Shown: positions 41,299 through 56,616 of the stretch, piece by piece | How the letters are laid out: each line of letters begins with the position of its first letter | Position numbering within the stretch: the stretch's first letter is position 1 | Assembly: GCA_964016885.1 (NCBI GenBank) | Contig: OZ024743.1 | Span: 114,948,001 to 115,012,000 of the forward strand | Reading direction: 5' to 3' | DNA: 64,000 nt | DNA from: Eledone cirrhosa | Taxonomy: Eukaryota | Notes under the pieces: model-generated | The model's input: the letters and a program-made list of their open reading frames with translations, nothing else | The model's database searches: none | What the model was told of the DNA's origin: nothing | Made by a program: the position numbers and the translations under genes

Positions 41299-43134
41299 GC
41301 GTGTGCATGAGTATTTTTATATAACTGTATGTATTTGTGTGTCTGGTGAGTGTGTTTACCTCAATGTCGATGTATATATGTACATGTATTTGTTTATTTG
41401 CCAATCTCATTAAATATCTCAATGATATCCAATAAAATCCCCTTAGTTGAACGTCATATTATTGACAACTTACGTGACATTAATCATTTCCAAGATTATT
41501 GGTGAAACTAATTAATTTCGTAAGCATTAAACATCATTATAGTAAAGATGTAATACTTAACATTGTGATTTCAAATACTGCCGGACTGGATATCGACTTT
41601 CATCAACTCGTGCTCAATTAAGTAAATGTCAATGAAGTAATGTATGATTTATTCATTTGAATTCCTTTCCTTAATATTAATAGTTGTGGTCCATGTGCCT
41701 ATGTTAGAAGTAATGTAATAATATAGTACTTACTGTTTTACACAGGTTAACATTGAATGATCAGATTTATGATCGAATGTTTTCCAGCCATAACCATTCC
41801 TTTTGTTTGTATATCGAGAGCTAGTGACCTGCCTACTTTAAATCGAAGTTGCGGCTCTGATTTCAAGATTTGGCTGCTTGTTCTAGTGGGGCCTCCATGT
41901 CATAGAAATCCTTTTTAGTTCTTTTCCTTTACATCTATGTTCAAATTTCGCTGGTGTCAACTGTCTATTTTACCATTATACCTGCGTTAGAAATCCATTA
42001 TATTCACTGGCGAAGTTGGTAATCAACAGATAATAATTCCGCTACGTCCACTTACGTTTGGAGTTCAAATCCCGTCTGTATCACTAAAACAAGTAGTGGC
42101 CATTGTAATGCGTAACGTTGTGCTTTGTCTAAATGTATTACGACACAGTCGATCTCGGATGAGATTATCTAATATACCCTTCTTTCTTAAACATGGTATT
42201 TCAGGGAAATTCATCTGCTATTTTAAGTATTTCTTCTCCGTTTCTTCAATATTCGTTTTTCGAATACATTGGGTAGATAGGCTAATTCGCATTTATTCTA
42301 AGGTAGAGTTTGGGAAGAAGCACATCATCGTAAATTGTCCTACATCTGAGGGTGTACATTGAAAACTAAGGGAAGGAGGGCCAGTTCCTTCTAGTGACGA
42401 GCACGCCTTATCAATCCAACCATACTCGCACGCACAGTACACCATAACTTTCTAATAAATGGTGGCACTGTCTACTTTATTTCTGTCTCCCGGTGTACTT
42501 ACCCAATTTATTCAACTATTATTAAAGTTATCTGCATTAGAGTAACTACTTTAATATTTTTGTTTAATCAAATAACAAAAAAATAACCATGAATACTGCA
42601 ATAGTCGATTGGCAGAATTTGTAGAGAGTCAGGTAAAATACTTTTGATGTCTTGTCCGTGGAGTTCAGCCCCAACTCCACCGCACCCTAGGCCTGGAGCG
42701 ATCAACCCAGCCCCGTTCTTCTGTGACGCCAGAGCCGTTTCCCTTCTCTTCATTTTCCGTTTTTAAATATCTGTATTTTTGTTATTTGAAATAGATTTGA
42801 TTATGATTTTCTTGGTTTTTGTTAATAAAACGTTCTATATTGAAACTTAAAAATAATAAAAAGTACCAATGCGGTATTTGTTTTGGTTAAAATCCCATTA
42901 GGTCAACTTTCCTTTTCATCCTTCCAGGATCGATCAAATAAAGAATCTATTAAGTTTTTCCTTCCTCCAAATTTGTTGACCTTATACCTCAATTAGTATT
43001 CAATATTTATTTCCATAGATTCATATGGTAAATCTATATCAGAAATCGTTTAAATGTTCACCTTTTTTCACCATTGTTTCTTCTCCGTTTTCTGAGATTA
43101 AACACTTATAATACACTTATTATATCTTCCACAG

Positions 43135-43508
43135 AGAACTTCACCTGTTTATACGCCAGTTTCTATCTGAAGCGTGACATTGGTTACTATATGATTCAAC
43201 TTTACATACCTAGCATCCTTATCGTATTCCTATCGTGGGTTTCCTTCTATTTAAACGTGTCAGCCGTACCAGCACGAATATCGTTAGGAATTCTAACGGT
43301 TCTCACGTTGACAACTCAAAGATCTGCAGGAATAGCAGCCTTACCTAAAGTCTCTTATATCAAAGCCATTGATGTGTGGATGGCATCGTGTCTGTGCTTC
43401 GTTTTTGCGGCACTTTTGGAGTTTGCATTCGTAAACGTTTTAGACAGAAGATATTTAAAGATCATTGCCTCCATGAAAGAGAACGAACTCGCTGGAAAAT
43501 GTCCCGAG
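43135..43508 (+). CDS. Cys-loop receptor exon: end of loop C, M1, M2, M3 and start of intracellular loop
   Basis: cttccacag acceptor (phase 1, joins A|AG), gtaagt donor (phase 0); [70 protein letters not shown]; PAR motif indicates anion selectivity. Confidence 0.98.
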
Positions 43509-43579
43509 GTAAGTACACATACACACACATATGCTCTCACACATGCCCCCCCCCACACATTTACATAAATATATATATA

Positions 43580-43946
<367 letters not shown>

Positions 43947-43949
43947 TAC

Positions 43950-44147
43950 AAGGAAATTACCGACGGGGACAATCCCTTCTCCAGTTATCTGCTGGAGATC
44001 ACGGACATTTCAACAACGCATTAAAGACAACTGTCCGTGATCTCCAGCAGACAACTGAAGAAGGGACTGTCTCCCGTCTATGCTTTCCTTTTTATTTTTA
44101 AATACACTTTATCAAGTATCAAGTATGCACACAGCTCCCTGTTTTTC

Positions 44148-44150
<3 letters not shown>
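43950..44150 (+). repeat. Fold-back plus tail element between (TA)n tracts
   Basis: TCTGCTGGAGATCACGGACA / TGTCCGTGATCTCCAGCAGA arms spanning 43950-44090. Confidence 0.85.
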
Positions 44151-44183
<33 letters not shown>

Positions 44184-44211
44184 GATAACAAGTTATCGTT
44201 TTAGGTAATCC

Positions 44212-44324
44212 AGTATTCCGATGATTTGATCAGAGACACACACTGTATTTAAGGTCGAGAGACGTAACTTCGTGTGATTAGCGGCCTTTAGACTCACCTG
44301 ATCAATGAAACAATTGCTAATACT
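44212..44324 (+). ncRNA. Decayed hammerhead with long helix II (family H)
   Basis: aguauu CCGAUGA u uugaucag...cugaucaa u GAAAC AAUU GCU aauacu; U16.1 lost, U4C. Confidence 0.6.
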
Positions 44325-44373
44325 ATAAATGAAACCCTTTTTGTACAACCGACTATGTTATTCTTCACTCTTT

Positions 44374-44505
<132 letters not shown>

Positions 44506-44760
44506 TTTACAATAAAAACAAATAATACAAAATCTAGGTTTGGTAGTTAGATATTGTCGAGGCTAAAACTATGGAGTTACATAACATTTAAACGATCGTT
44601 AAACGATTAATTACATGAATGCCAAACATTGTTTTATTTGTTTCTATTGTTTAACATTATCTGACTCTGTGTGTTTTTTATTATTCAATGGCATGTAATA
44701 CGATACAACTTTCCCACAAACATATTTTGGCTTTGCTTCGATGGGATATTCTAATAGACA

Positions 44761-44859
<99 letters not shown>

Positions 44860-45194
44860 CGCGCGTGAGTCTCTGTTTATACATATATCAGGACATTCTT
44901 CTAGGGGAAGGCAACTCAGGAAACTGGGATAACTCCGATTTAAAACCTGCGGCTCAGTAGTTACCGATGATGTTAATCTTTTCTTCCTTTCCGGTTATAG
45001 CTACTGTCGCTCAGAGAGTGGGATTGGCTCAGTACACACACAGTCTTTCGTTACTTTAAAATATATCTTCACACACAGGCATTGCACGATAAAATTAATT
45101 AATTATTATTAATAATGGTATATCGTGCAGTGGCCATACTCGATAACGAGAGGGCAGCCATCATCATATATATATATACATATGTATATATATG

Positions 45195-45249
<55 letters not shown>

Positions 45250-45497
45250 TGCTTTACGTTGAGTACTTTCCATATTATTACATCAAGATTGACCATACGG
45301 AATGACCAACTCTATCCAGTGGTCAACCTTCAAACCTAAATATATTTATATATATATATATATAAGTGTGTATGTATATATATATTTATATATATACGTA
45401 TGTATATATATATATATTGTTATACTTGGGGAGGGTCATATTTGTGTAATATTGCCAGAATTAATAACAGAACACACTCACTGTTTGGTTGGTTTTC

Positions 45498-45533
<36 letters not shown>

Positions 45534-46526
45534 GGGGGGGGGTATGTATGTATGATAACTGCGACTTCTTTTCAGATGTGGGTCATCTCTTCAAGGATGA
45601 AGAGCAGTAATCCCGCAAAAGGGCTGCTCAGACGTTCAAGACTCCCCCAAGTATGTTTCTGTTCAGGTTAACCGAGATGCGACGTTAAGATACGTGTCAA
45701 GCCGTCCACGTATAGATTTTGGATTATGTGCTGTGATTGAGTCTGCAGACGTTGTCATTCCTCAATTGTTGTGGGACTTGTGAAGAGATATCGGCACATA
45801 AATATAGCAATACCACTTACCTATGCTACATACATTCCACACACTCAGTGACACAGCTATCTGTCCAGTGAAAAACCAGAGCAAGATAATAGGACAGTCA
45901 CGAGAATTGCATGTGTTATTATCATGGATTTATAATATATATAATTCAATTTAGGTGAATAAAAAAAGATTTTATTGTCGAAATCAATTCATTCATTTCT
46001 ACGATCGTTTCGATTTATCAAAATACTATCGTAAATATCAATATCAATTTGAAGATTAATTAACCAATTAAGTACATAAATAAATAAATCACTACACATG
46101 AAAATTACATTTCAAAAATTTCCCCGGGGAATAAATTTTAGATTTTGGGAATAATTGTCGCAATTACCAGGTAGGCATGTGATAAACAAATTACAGAAAT
46201 AGTGCCTGAGAAAGTTTGTAAAAGCAAATGTGAGAGCTGCATAAGCAAAGCAGCAAATGATTTAATGTTTAGCAATATGTAATTTATCCAACAAAGCAGT
46301 ATACTGTGTAGAGGATATATGTCCACATGCTGTAATTACTGTATCCCAATACAAGTATAATATATTTACAGAATACTAACACGCCTTAGCGCGATCATTT
46401 GAATGTGCAACGTATTTTTTCAAATAAAGCTTAAATCGGTACGAGACTATATTTTCATAGGTTATTAACACATTGAGCTTTAACGCACTTGGTAACAAAT
46501 GAGTGTTATACCCACTCATATTGATA

Positions 46527-46597
<71 letters not shown>

Positions 46598-46614
46598 GAC
46601 AGACAGACACACAC

Positions 46615-46720
<106 letters not shown>

Positions 46721-46849
46721 TAAAGGTAAAACTATATATACAATGCTCGAAGGAAAGTAGAAAATATCAAAATAAACCACCAAAATGTAACCAAGAGAGT
46801 AACCATAACATAACCAATAACCATCCAATACAAATTCTCCATAATCAGA

Positions 46850-47290
46850 AAGGCTAGCACGCACAGAGGACACAATCCGTTGTTTAATCCGCCCCACAGC
46901 TTCAATGTCGCCTTTAATATAACTAAAATATTAGTTAGTATTCTGGATAGTTATTTCCCACCTGGTCACAGCTTCAATGTCGACTTTAATATACCTAAAA
47001 TATTCTTTAGTATTCTGGATAGTTATTTCCCACCCGGCCACAGACACCATAGATTAATCAATAAAAATAAAATTATCTTTTTCTAGCACCTCTAATACAC
47101 CCGGCTATATAGCATTCAGTAATCACGTGAAACTTTCTAAGCGTAAATCCTCGACAAACATCATAGATACATTTCAACATAATCTACCTAATACCAATGA
47201 TACTAACATAATTACTGCTTCAATTGTAAGTACACTCAACCGACCAAGGTGCAACATTGAAGATATCTTAAATCCTCCAGAAAAATACTC
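46850..47290 (+). mobile_element. PLE linker-region relic with in-frame 72-bp tandem duplication
   Basis: FNPPHSFNV..ILDSYFPPGH..RLINKNKI resembles the WFNPP...FP..H..IFN motif that precedes GIY-YIG in PLEs of the 18712 type. Confidence 0.65.
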
Positions 47291-47352
47291 ATTTTTTTTT
47301 TTAATAGGTAGCGCTGCTACGTCTCCGAATTGAGAGATCACAGCTCCAATAC

Positions 47353-47590
47353 TATAGGCAGGAGGATAGAATGTCTCAGCAAAGAATCACTGGACAGATT
47401 TTACTAGCAAAACCACACGGCGGAAGACCCAGGAGTAGACCTCGAGCAAGATAGTTGGACAACATTCATGAGCTTGGCTGGTCACGCTTGGGCATCCAGC
47501 CGGATCAGTTGGAGACTGTTTTTCTGACAGCACGCTGGTAAGAGTGATTGAGGACTCTGCCCTACAACCCTCTCAGGAATAAATGAGCGT
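47353..47590 (+). mobile_element. RTE (Expander/Rex3-like) 3' end with (AAT)n tail
   Basis: AKPHGGRPRSRPRAR*LDNIHELGWSRLGIQP. Confidence 0.8.
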
Positions 47591-47591
47591 A

Positions 47592-47637
<46 letters not shown>

Positions 47638-47639
<2 letters not shown>

Positions 47640-48080
47640 TTTCTTTATTAACCACAAGGGTTTACATAAAGTAGACATTAAGGACAATACAAAATGGTAC
47701 ACATGGGCATTTCTGCGTGTAAAAACAAAAACAGAGGATGTAACAAAAAAATAACAATGAAAAATTCCCCAATAGGGGGGAGACTTCGGAGGGAGATTTG
47801 TGGAGAAAGCCCAGTAAAAGGCCACAGTGACCCTGACCACCAAGGCAAGTGCCCTCTCCCAGTGTTCCACCTTTAATTTACAGATACGTACTCAGAATAG
47901 GCCCATTCACTCGGGCCATTCTTGTTTCTCTCACCCATCTTTCAACAAAATGCTGGGAAGAGAGCACTTCCCTCTCTACTCTGATTTTCCTTTTCAAATG
48001 AAATTTGAAAAAGTCAATCAGGGCATCACCGAAGAGGTAAGTGCTCGTCTTAAGCCCTTTCAAACAATCTACACAAATAC
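47638..48080 (-). mobile_element. LINE 3' fragment (Tx1/L1-like) ending in the same (ATT)n tract
   Basis: FFKFHLKRKIRVEREVLSSQHFVERWV..* followed by about 240-nt UTR and (ATT)n. Confidence 0.55.
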
Positions 48081-48995
48081 GTGACTGATAGTAAGGAGCC
48101 AATGCTCAGAATTGTACGGAAGGAGGGGACAATAGACCAGGGGATGTCCAAAGAGGAAATAACAACAAGGAGAAAGAGCAACCTTCATGAAAAATCCCTT
48201 CATAGTACCTTCTTTGAGAAAACGGAATTCAGAGATCCACAGACATGGAACTGGTTGAAAAGAGGAGATCTTAAAAAGGCTAGAGAAGCAATGCTAATGG
48301 CTGCGCAAGAGCAGGCCCTCAAAACGAAGTGGTTGAAACACCATATTTACAAGGAGGAGGCTAGCCCACTGTGCAGGATCTGTGGAGAGAGAGAGGAGAC
48401 TGTGGCTCACATTGTATCCGAGTGTAAACACCTAGCCCAGACTCACTATAAGGGCTGGAGACATGATGTGATGGGCAGGGTGATCCACTGGCACCTATGC
48501 AAAGTAAACAATTTACCACATTCTGAGAAGTGGTATGAGCATAAACCAGAGTCGGTGATAGAAAACGATCAGGTGAAGGTGCTGTGGGATTTTAGGATAC
48601 AGACGGACAAGAAACTGGAACACAATAGACCTGACCTGGAGGTTTTGGACAAGGAAAAAAGATCGTGCCTGATTGTGGATGTGACCTGCCCATTCGACAC
48701 GAGAGTGCAAGAGAAGGAGAGGGAGAAAATTAACCGATACCAGTACTTAAAGTGGGATGTAAAAAGGATTTGGAACTGCCATGAAGTCAAAGTGGTCCCG
48801 ATTGTCATAGGCGCACTAGGTACTATCTCAAAAGGTTTCCAGGGATGGTTAAAGAAAATTGGCCCCGCCACGCTTTTTGGAACACTTCAAAAGGCATGCT
48901 TTCCTGGGAACAGCAAGAACCCTCCGATACGTGCTGAATAACTGAAGCTGCAGGTAGTGGCTTGATATTCATTTCAACAAACTTTCCAGTTAACT
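48081..48995 (+). mobile_element. R4/Dong-type LINE 3' fragment with restriction-like endonuclease
   Basis: AAQEQAL, CRIC....ETVAHIVSEC, RHD, LWDFRIQTD..HNRPD..IVDVTCP..EKINRY..VPIVIGALG; terminal frameshift. Confidence 0.93.
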
Positions 48996-49036
48996 AACAT
49001 CAATGACTATATATATATGTTATTCTCCACTTTTTC

Positions 49037-49214
<178 letters not shown>

Positions 49215-49642
49215 ATATATATTTGTATATATATATATATATATTTGTATATATATATATTTAATATATGTATGTATATATATATATATAAAGGTGGTTT
49301 TGTGCAAATTACATGCTCTGAGATTGCATGCTGAAATTGTAGTTCCACACACATGTTAGCTATTTATAAACAGAGAGAAATCTGAAAATTCTCTTTCACA
49401 TATATATTTCTAAAAGCTAGTATATAATAAGGTATCACAAAATGTCCTTACACCTCCACGACGCACTGATAATATTCTTCCACCGAATTTATTGAACGTT
49501 GCTCATGGCCGAGCTTTTAATAATACTTCCAGAATTTTCTTTGCTTTCTATTATCATCATTCTTTTCTCATTTCCTTCTCATTCTTGTATTGTTCATATA
49601 GTAAACGATAAAAAATTCCTGCATACATATATACATACATGC

Positions 49643-49680
<38 letters not shown>

Positions 49681-49709
49681 ATAACCCCCAGCGTATACAT
49701 ACATATGTT

Positions 49710-49788
<79 letters not shown>

Positions 49789-50069
49789 ATTTATATATAT
49801 ATATATAAACATATGTATGTATATGCTGGTGGTTATATAAATACATACACAGAAATGCACACACATGAGCTTACAGACACGTTAAATGTTATATATATAT
49901 ATGAATATATGTATGTATATATTATATATATGTAAATATATATTATATATATATGTATATATATATATTATATATGTATATTTATATATATATTATATAT
50001 ATATATTATATGTATATATTATATATATGTATATATTATATATATATATGTATATATTACATATATATA

Positions 50070-50138
<69 letters not shown>

Positions 50139-50278
50139 AATATGTATATATATATGTATATATATATGAATATTAATATATGCATATATGTATATATATA
50201 TTTATATTATATATATGTATATATATATATTATATATATGTATATATATTATATGTATGTATATATATTATATGTATG

Positions 50279-50581
<303 letters not shown>

Positions 50582-50646
50582 CGACGGAATCACTTCATTC
50601 ATATATATATATTTCTATCATAATTATATATCTTCTTATATTTCAG

Positions 50647-50817
50647 GTTAATGACAGAGTCAAGTCAAAAAGATTTAAATGGATTCGTGATCCTAGAGGT
50701 CAACAGAAAGCAGCATATATTGACTTTTTGGCTCGAATAACTTTTCCAATAGCATTCGCTATATTCTGTATAATCTATTGGCTGGTATATGGAGTATTTG
50801 GTGTTAAGGAAGAATGA
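50647..50817 (+). CDS. Cys-loop receptor last coding exon (M4, stop)
   Basis: atttcag acceptor phase 0; [56 protein letters not shown]; ID..AR..FP..F.....YW..Y M4 signature. Confidence 0.96.
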   Translation, partial: VNDRVKSKRFKWIRDPRGQQKAAYIDFLARITFPIAFAIFCIIYWLVYGVFGVKEE

Positions 50818-50991
50818 ATTATCTCCCTTCCCTTTCATTCTATTTCTTTCTAATTCATATTCTTGATTTTCATTCAACGATACTCCAATACTCTCCTATA
50901 TATCCCGCCACTTCTAATTGTGTATCTGTCTGTATGCCTGGTAAAGAAAGCGCATCCAGAATGCGCTCATTCATGCACATTCATTTCCTGG

Positions 50992-51046
<55 letters not shown>

Positions 51047-51134
51047 ATTAACATATATATAGTATATTCATATCCTTATATGCTTATATACATATATGAA
51101 TGTATTTGCTTATAATTATATAGATATACATGCT

Positions 51135-51166
<32 letters not shown>

Positions 51167-51176
51167 CAGATACATG

Positions 51177-51313
<137 letters not shown>

Positions 51314-51774
51314 GCACATATATGCCTCTGTACACGCACACACTCAAACACAGAGACATATACACACACACATACATATTTATATATATATATGGAGAGA
51401 GAAAATGAAAGGAAAATGAGACCTCAGTTTTAGTCAGCGGAATGCAAGACAAAAATCGAAAAGTGAAGAATACTTATGTAGGTAATATACACATGTGTGC
51501 TTTAGGTAGGGAAATCACATAAATGTGGTATGTCCTGGTTAGATCTCGGAGGGAGATGGGCTCTGCCAGGTTTGAAATGTCCAACTCACTCCATAAGGAC
51601 TTAAGATAATTTACCATTTTTATCGGCTTATATAATAGATGCTTCTCAAAATGGACTTCATATAAAGATTTGATTTTCTTATACTCTTGCATCGTATCTA
51701 ATTAGAAAGTGTTTTATTTAGTTGCAAAATGTATAAGGCTTATTATATATATATATATAGTTTTAATATAGATG

Positions 51775-51825
51775 AGATTCTACAGGACTAGAACTTTTTC
51801 ATTCTTGAGAAATCATCAGGAATCT
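51775..51825 (-). ncRNA. Hammerhead family D second copy
   Basis: agauuc CUGAUGA uuucucaagaau GAAA aag uucuaguc cug UA gaaucu; C15.2A mismatch. Confidence 0.75.
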
Positions 51826-51980
51826 GGCTGTCCAAAATAAATATTGTGGTATTTATATCTTTTCTGGTGGTAGAATAGGGCGGGGTGTGGGATGGGTAGA
51901 GGTCATCGGTTTAAAGAAAAGGGAATTCATTAAAAGCTAATTCTTTAAGGCTATAATTTATATTTAGAGTGGCAATGGCA

Positions 51981-52040
<60 letters not shown>

Positions 52041-52528
52041 CGAAAGATTAATATGGAATTGCCAATACGGGAATGGAATAATCAAGACCGTAGCGGTATG
52101 TCATATATCAAATTATATATTTTGTCTGATGAGGACGTGACGTACTGAAAAAAGCAGCACAGTACCTTTGAAATATATATAATAAAGTATATATTTTGAT
52201 TATGCGAATATTTTTCATTTGTTAACATTTTGAATAATATATATATATGTATGTATATATATATTTATATATATATATATGTGTGTGTGTGTGTATCTAT
52301 ATATATCTATATGTGTGTGCATATATACATGTGTATATATATGTGTGGGTGTGTGTGTGTGTACATATGTGCCTGTGTGTATAATTATGTATATGAACAT
52401 ATAAATCTAACGGAGTGAAATATTAGTTGTTACACGCATTCTGCTTTTTGTTTAGGCTGGTAGAATCTCATTTACCTTCTCTCTCTCCGTCTCTTTCTAT
52501 TGCTCTCTCTCTCTCTCTCTCTCTCTCC

Positions 52529-52573
<45 letters not shown>

Positions 52574-54297
52574 AGTACACTGGAACTCCAAACAAATGTT
52601 CAATATGAAGAAGAAACGCTCTAGATTGAGAGCATTTGTTAAATTTTATCTTGTTGGTATGTTTCTATTTGTCATGTTTCCCAACTTTCCCCAATATCAA
52701 CAACCCCCTTCTCAAAATTTCTGGTCCATCTCCGAAACCCCGGTTCTCTTTTGTAGACATGGGTATATAAGAGAACATATACTATATAAGAGAACTGACA
52801 TTGCTATATATATGAAATTTGTCGTTCCTGTGTGTCCCCTTTTGTTATTATTGTTTAGCCCCAATTTGACCCTTAAGGTTTGCAGAAGACCTATGAAAAA
52901 GAATGTTCAAACTGTGACCAGTCCATGTGTTCCCCCACCAGGCATACTGTATTTATGAATTCAGTATCCAATATATCCTTCCTAGTTTTTTTATTTTTTA
53001 TAAAGGTTCTAAGTGTGATTTGAGGGAGATTTTGGCTGTTTTTTCTAGCAGGTCGATGACTGTGATATAGACACGCACCCACAGGTTCATTCCTGGTTCT
53101 TACTGTATTTACTATTTACAATTTATGAAATATTGGGACCAATAACCATTTGAATTTTTCAACCAAAAAGTCGAATAATGATCACCTGCCTAAGTGAAAG
53201 ATTATCTATAAAAATGTCTTTGTACTTCAGTGGAGAATACGCTGAAGTAGCATCATAAACCATTCTATAAGCATGTAGCTGTTGGTTGTATCATTCATTA
53301 AATATTCTCACGCGAAACGAGTCACCCAACAGCAACCCTAAAACATTATCTTTCAGAATCGAGATTCCAGGTTGTATTTTTTAAAGATAATATTCCTAAA
53401 ATATGGCGGCCAAGTAGAAACGTCGTTAGAACGTCAGATAAAATGTATGCAATATTCATTCCGGCTCTCTCCGTTCTAAGAAAAAACCGACAAGGTCTTT
53501 TATGCTTTTCGAGGTCGGTAAAAGTGTACCACCCTAGTACTTGGGTCTATTCTAACTTTTTCTCTCTCTCCTTCTCTTGAAAAACTTAGCTGTATTCAGA
53601 CATGAAGAGAGGGTGGGCTCCGTTATGTTTAAGAAATACACAAGATACGCCGTATGGTGCTCCTACAACAGCATCAGATGTTACTGGTCCATATACCCAT
53701 TCCTATAGCCGCGACGAAGTTTGCGTTATTTCTTCCGGTTCTTTGCTTTTCATCCTTCCGTAGTCGATATAAACATTTCTAGTTCGCTACTAATATATCG
53801 CTACGGCCTCCCAATGACTCCACCACTAGTTAAATGTAAGAAAGAGAAGACATATATTCTTAATGTGTAACAGTTTATCGCAGTTTCTTCTCGTTTTTTT
53901 TGTTCATAGTTCTTAACTCTCTACCAAGGATCCTATCAAATTAATAGAAAGACCGTACCATAAAGAAACACAGTCACTCACTTAAATCAATATATATGGC
54001 GAGTAAGTGTTTTGTTAGTTTCCAAAAGCAGGTTTCATTATTTCTGTAATAGAAGCTACTAACCATGTTGGATCATTTGTGCTTTCTCCCTCCTCTTCTC
54101 CCACTCCACACACACGCACACACACAGGCGCGCACACACACACACACATATATATATATACATATATAAATATAAGTCAGTAAGAAATGGTTAGACCATT
54201 ACTCAACAGAGTACGCAGTATTTGGAGTAGTAGAGCATGATTATAGGAACTAGCTGTTGAAACAGCAAGAGCTCAATCGTTGGGGTCCCGACCTTTT

Positions 54298-54345
<48 letters not shown>

Positions 54346-54522
54346 AGATAAACAGAGAAAGCCTTAGCGATACTCCGACCAACTCCATATCACTCAACAA
54401 ACATTAGGATATACTAAATTATTATCCCAACTTAGTGTTTGGGGTGCTAACTAATCAGTATTTCGTGGATAATTGGTTGTATTATTTTATATGAGACATT
54501 ATTAGATAAATATCTCATTTCT

Positions 54523-54646
54523 TCTAGACGGCCGTTTCGTTATAAGATTTCTACAATTTGGGATAAATAATTTCTAGGTTATGTAGAAACTTGTATATAA
54601 TCCATAGTTTAATATACAAGCGGGATCTTATAAACTCATCAGTGGA
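54523..54646 (-). ncRNA. Type I hammerhead with large branched helix II (family I), within element about 54340-55090
   Basis: ucca CUGAUGA guuuauaaga [cuuguaua..uauacaag][uuucuaca..uguagaaa] ucuuauaac GAAAC GGCC GUC uaga; complete core, one stem I mismatch. Confidence 0.78.
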
Positions 54647-55090
54647 TGCCCAGTCAATAACGATATAAGAATTATATCGACATTAATAGAATGGTGATGG
54701 TCTCCCTCACCGCTAAGAAGAGACTGGTAGATTAAAATCCAGCAGTTCTCTCAAAGAAAAAAACACGCTGCCCTCAAAAGGGTAAAGGGAGGTCATCTTA
54801 AAATAAAACAATATACACGCTGGTCAATTAAACCTGTTAGGTATTAACCACGTGTATAAGAACTCAATTGGAAATTTAAAAGAATAACCCCATGTATAGA
54901 CAACTAATTCACGCACAGAGATATTAAAACATAATAAATATATGCATGGATCACCCATACACACACATAGCTATTCTCTAAGACTAAATCAGACATGGGA
55001 TATAAGGAAAATCAATCAGTATTTCATATAAAAAATAATAATAAAGATAGTCATACCCTATATCTGGACTCCACATCAATCTTCCAAGAG

Positions 55091-55163
<73 letters not shown>

Positions 55164-56616
55164 TGAATGTTGTTTTCAAAGAGAGAAATGATCCAATTAG
55201 TGATATGGGACACAGCGGATACTTAATCCAGTTATCTATATTCTTTCAGTTTTCTTCTTCACGGTGATTGAAGTATTAAATAAATATGAATTTTTCAACG
55301 TTCATTAATGAGATACTATGGCAATCACATAGGAAACATAGAAAATATATTGATTTCTCATATGGTCAAGGCCATTTATGCAAGTAGAGTGAAATATAGT
55401 TCTAAGTAAATTCTAATGACATCCATTGCCAACGAAAGATATAATTGAGTGAGTATATATTCATCTCACATAAATGGGATAAATCAAACTTGTTAATTAT
55501 TGAACTACCTCTGATTAATGTTATCACAATAATCATTATTTGTTAACCTTCTTCCGAATCTTTACATATCACCGCGCTGAACTTTGCCTGTCGTCCTTCC
55601 GGGGTCGAAAGGGGGTTGATAGAATCGTTAGGTCACCGGACAAATTACATTGTGGGATTTGTTTTAGCTCTTTCCGTACTGAGTTCAAATACTCCTTAGG
55701 TCAATTTAGCCTTTCACTTTAACAATGCCGATGAAATAAATTACCATTCAATTACAAGCATCCATATATTGACTTTCTCATTCATAGCAAATTGGTCGGC
55801 CTTCTTTGATGAGTTATCATTATTATTATTGTTTAAGGGCGGTGGATTGGCAATGTCGGTAGAGAGTCGGACACCATGCTTTGCAGCATAGAGTTACGGT
55901 CCTTTACGGTCTGAGTTCAAATCTTGCTGAGGTTAACTTTGGCTAAATAAAGCAGCAGTCACGCACTGGGGTCGATTTAATCGACTTCCCCTCCCACAAA
56001 ATTGATGGTCTTATGCCTATATAAGAAACCATTATTTTTTAATAACTTCATCATGATCATCATGATTATCATCACCATTATTTTAACTCTATTGTAAAAA
56101 TACATAGTTCCAATTTTATTAAGGCAAACATTTTGGAGTTCTTTGCTTTTTAGCCCTGATGCTATCTCTTTATATATTTTGGTGAACAAACATTTTCAAT
56201 ATTTACATATTATATAAAATATCTACCTCGGAAGAAACGGGAAAGACTGTTTGCTAAGGTGGTAGTTGCAGTAACATTAATAGAATTGACCTCCATCAGT
56301 TTCAACAATGAGTGTTTCAGCTGTTCAATCAACGGAACAGCGTGCTCTTGAAAGTGACGTGTAAGTAGCGGAGCATTCGTAAACCCTGGGGGATATTCAA
56401 TGTGTCACTGTGTTACAAATCTGGCCATTTTAATTTCAGACACATTCCTTCCAAACAATTTCCATCTCAATTTTACTCACAAAACATGCGTCGACCCAAG
56501 GCGATGGAGAATGACATTCTCCAAAGACACCACATAGTGAGATGAACCCCGATCGTATAGTTGCAGAGAGAAAACGTTAAACATTCAGCTATACTGCGTT
56601 CACTAACCACACTAAA

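Noticed and set aside
52120-52175. CTGATGA...GAAA motif with a helix II-like hairpin
   Set aside because: No UH cleavage triplet in register and poor stem I; at best a heavily decayed copy.
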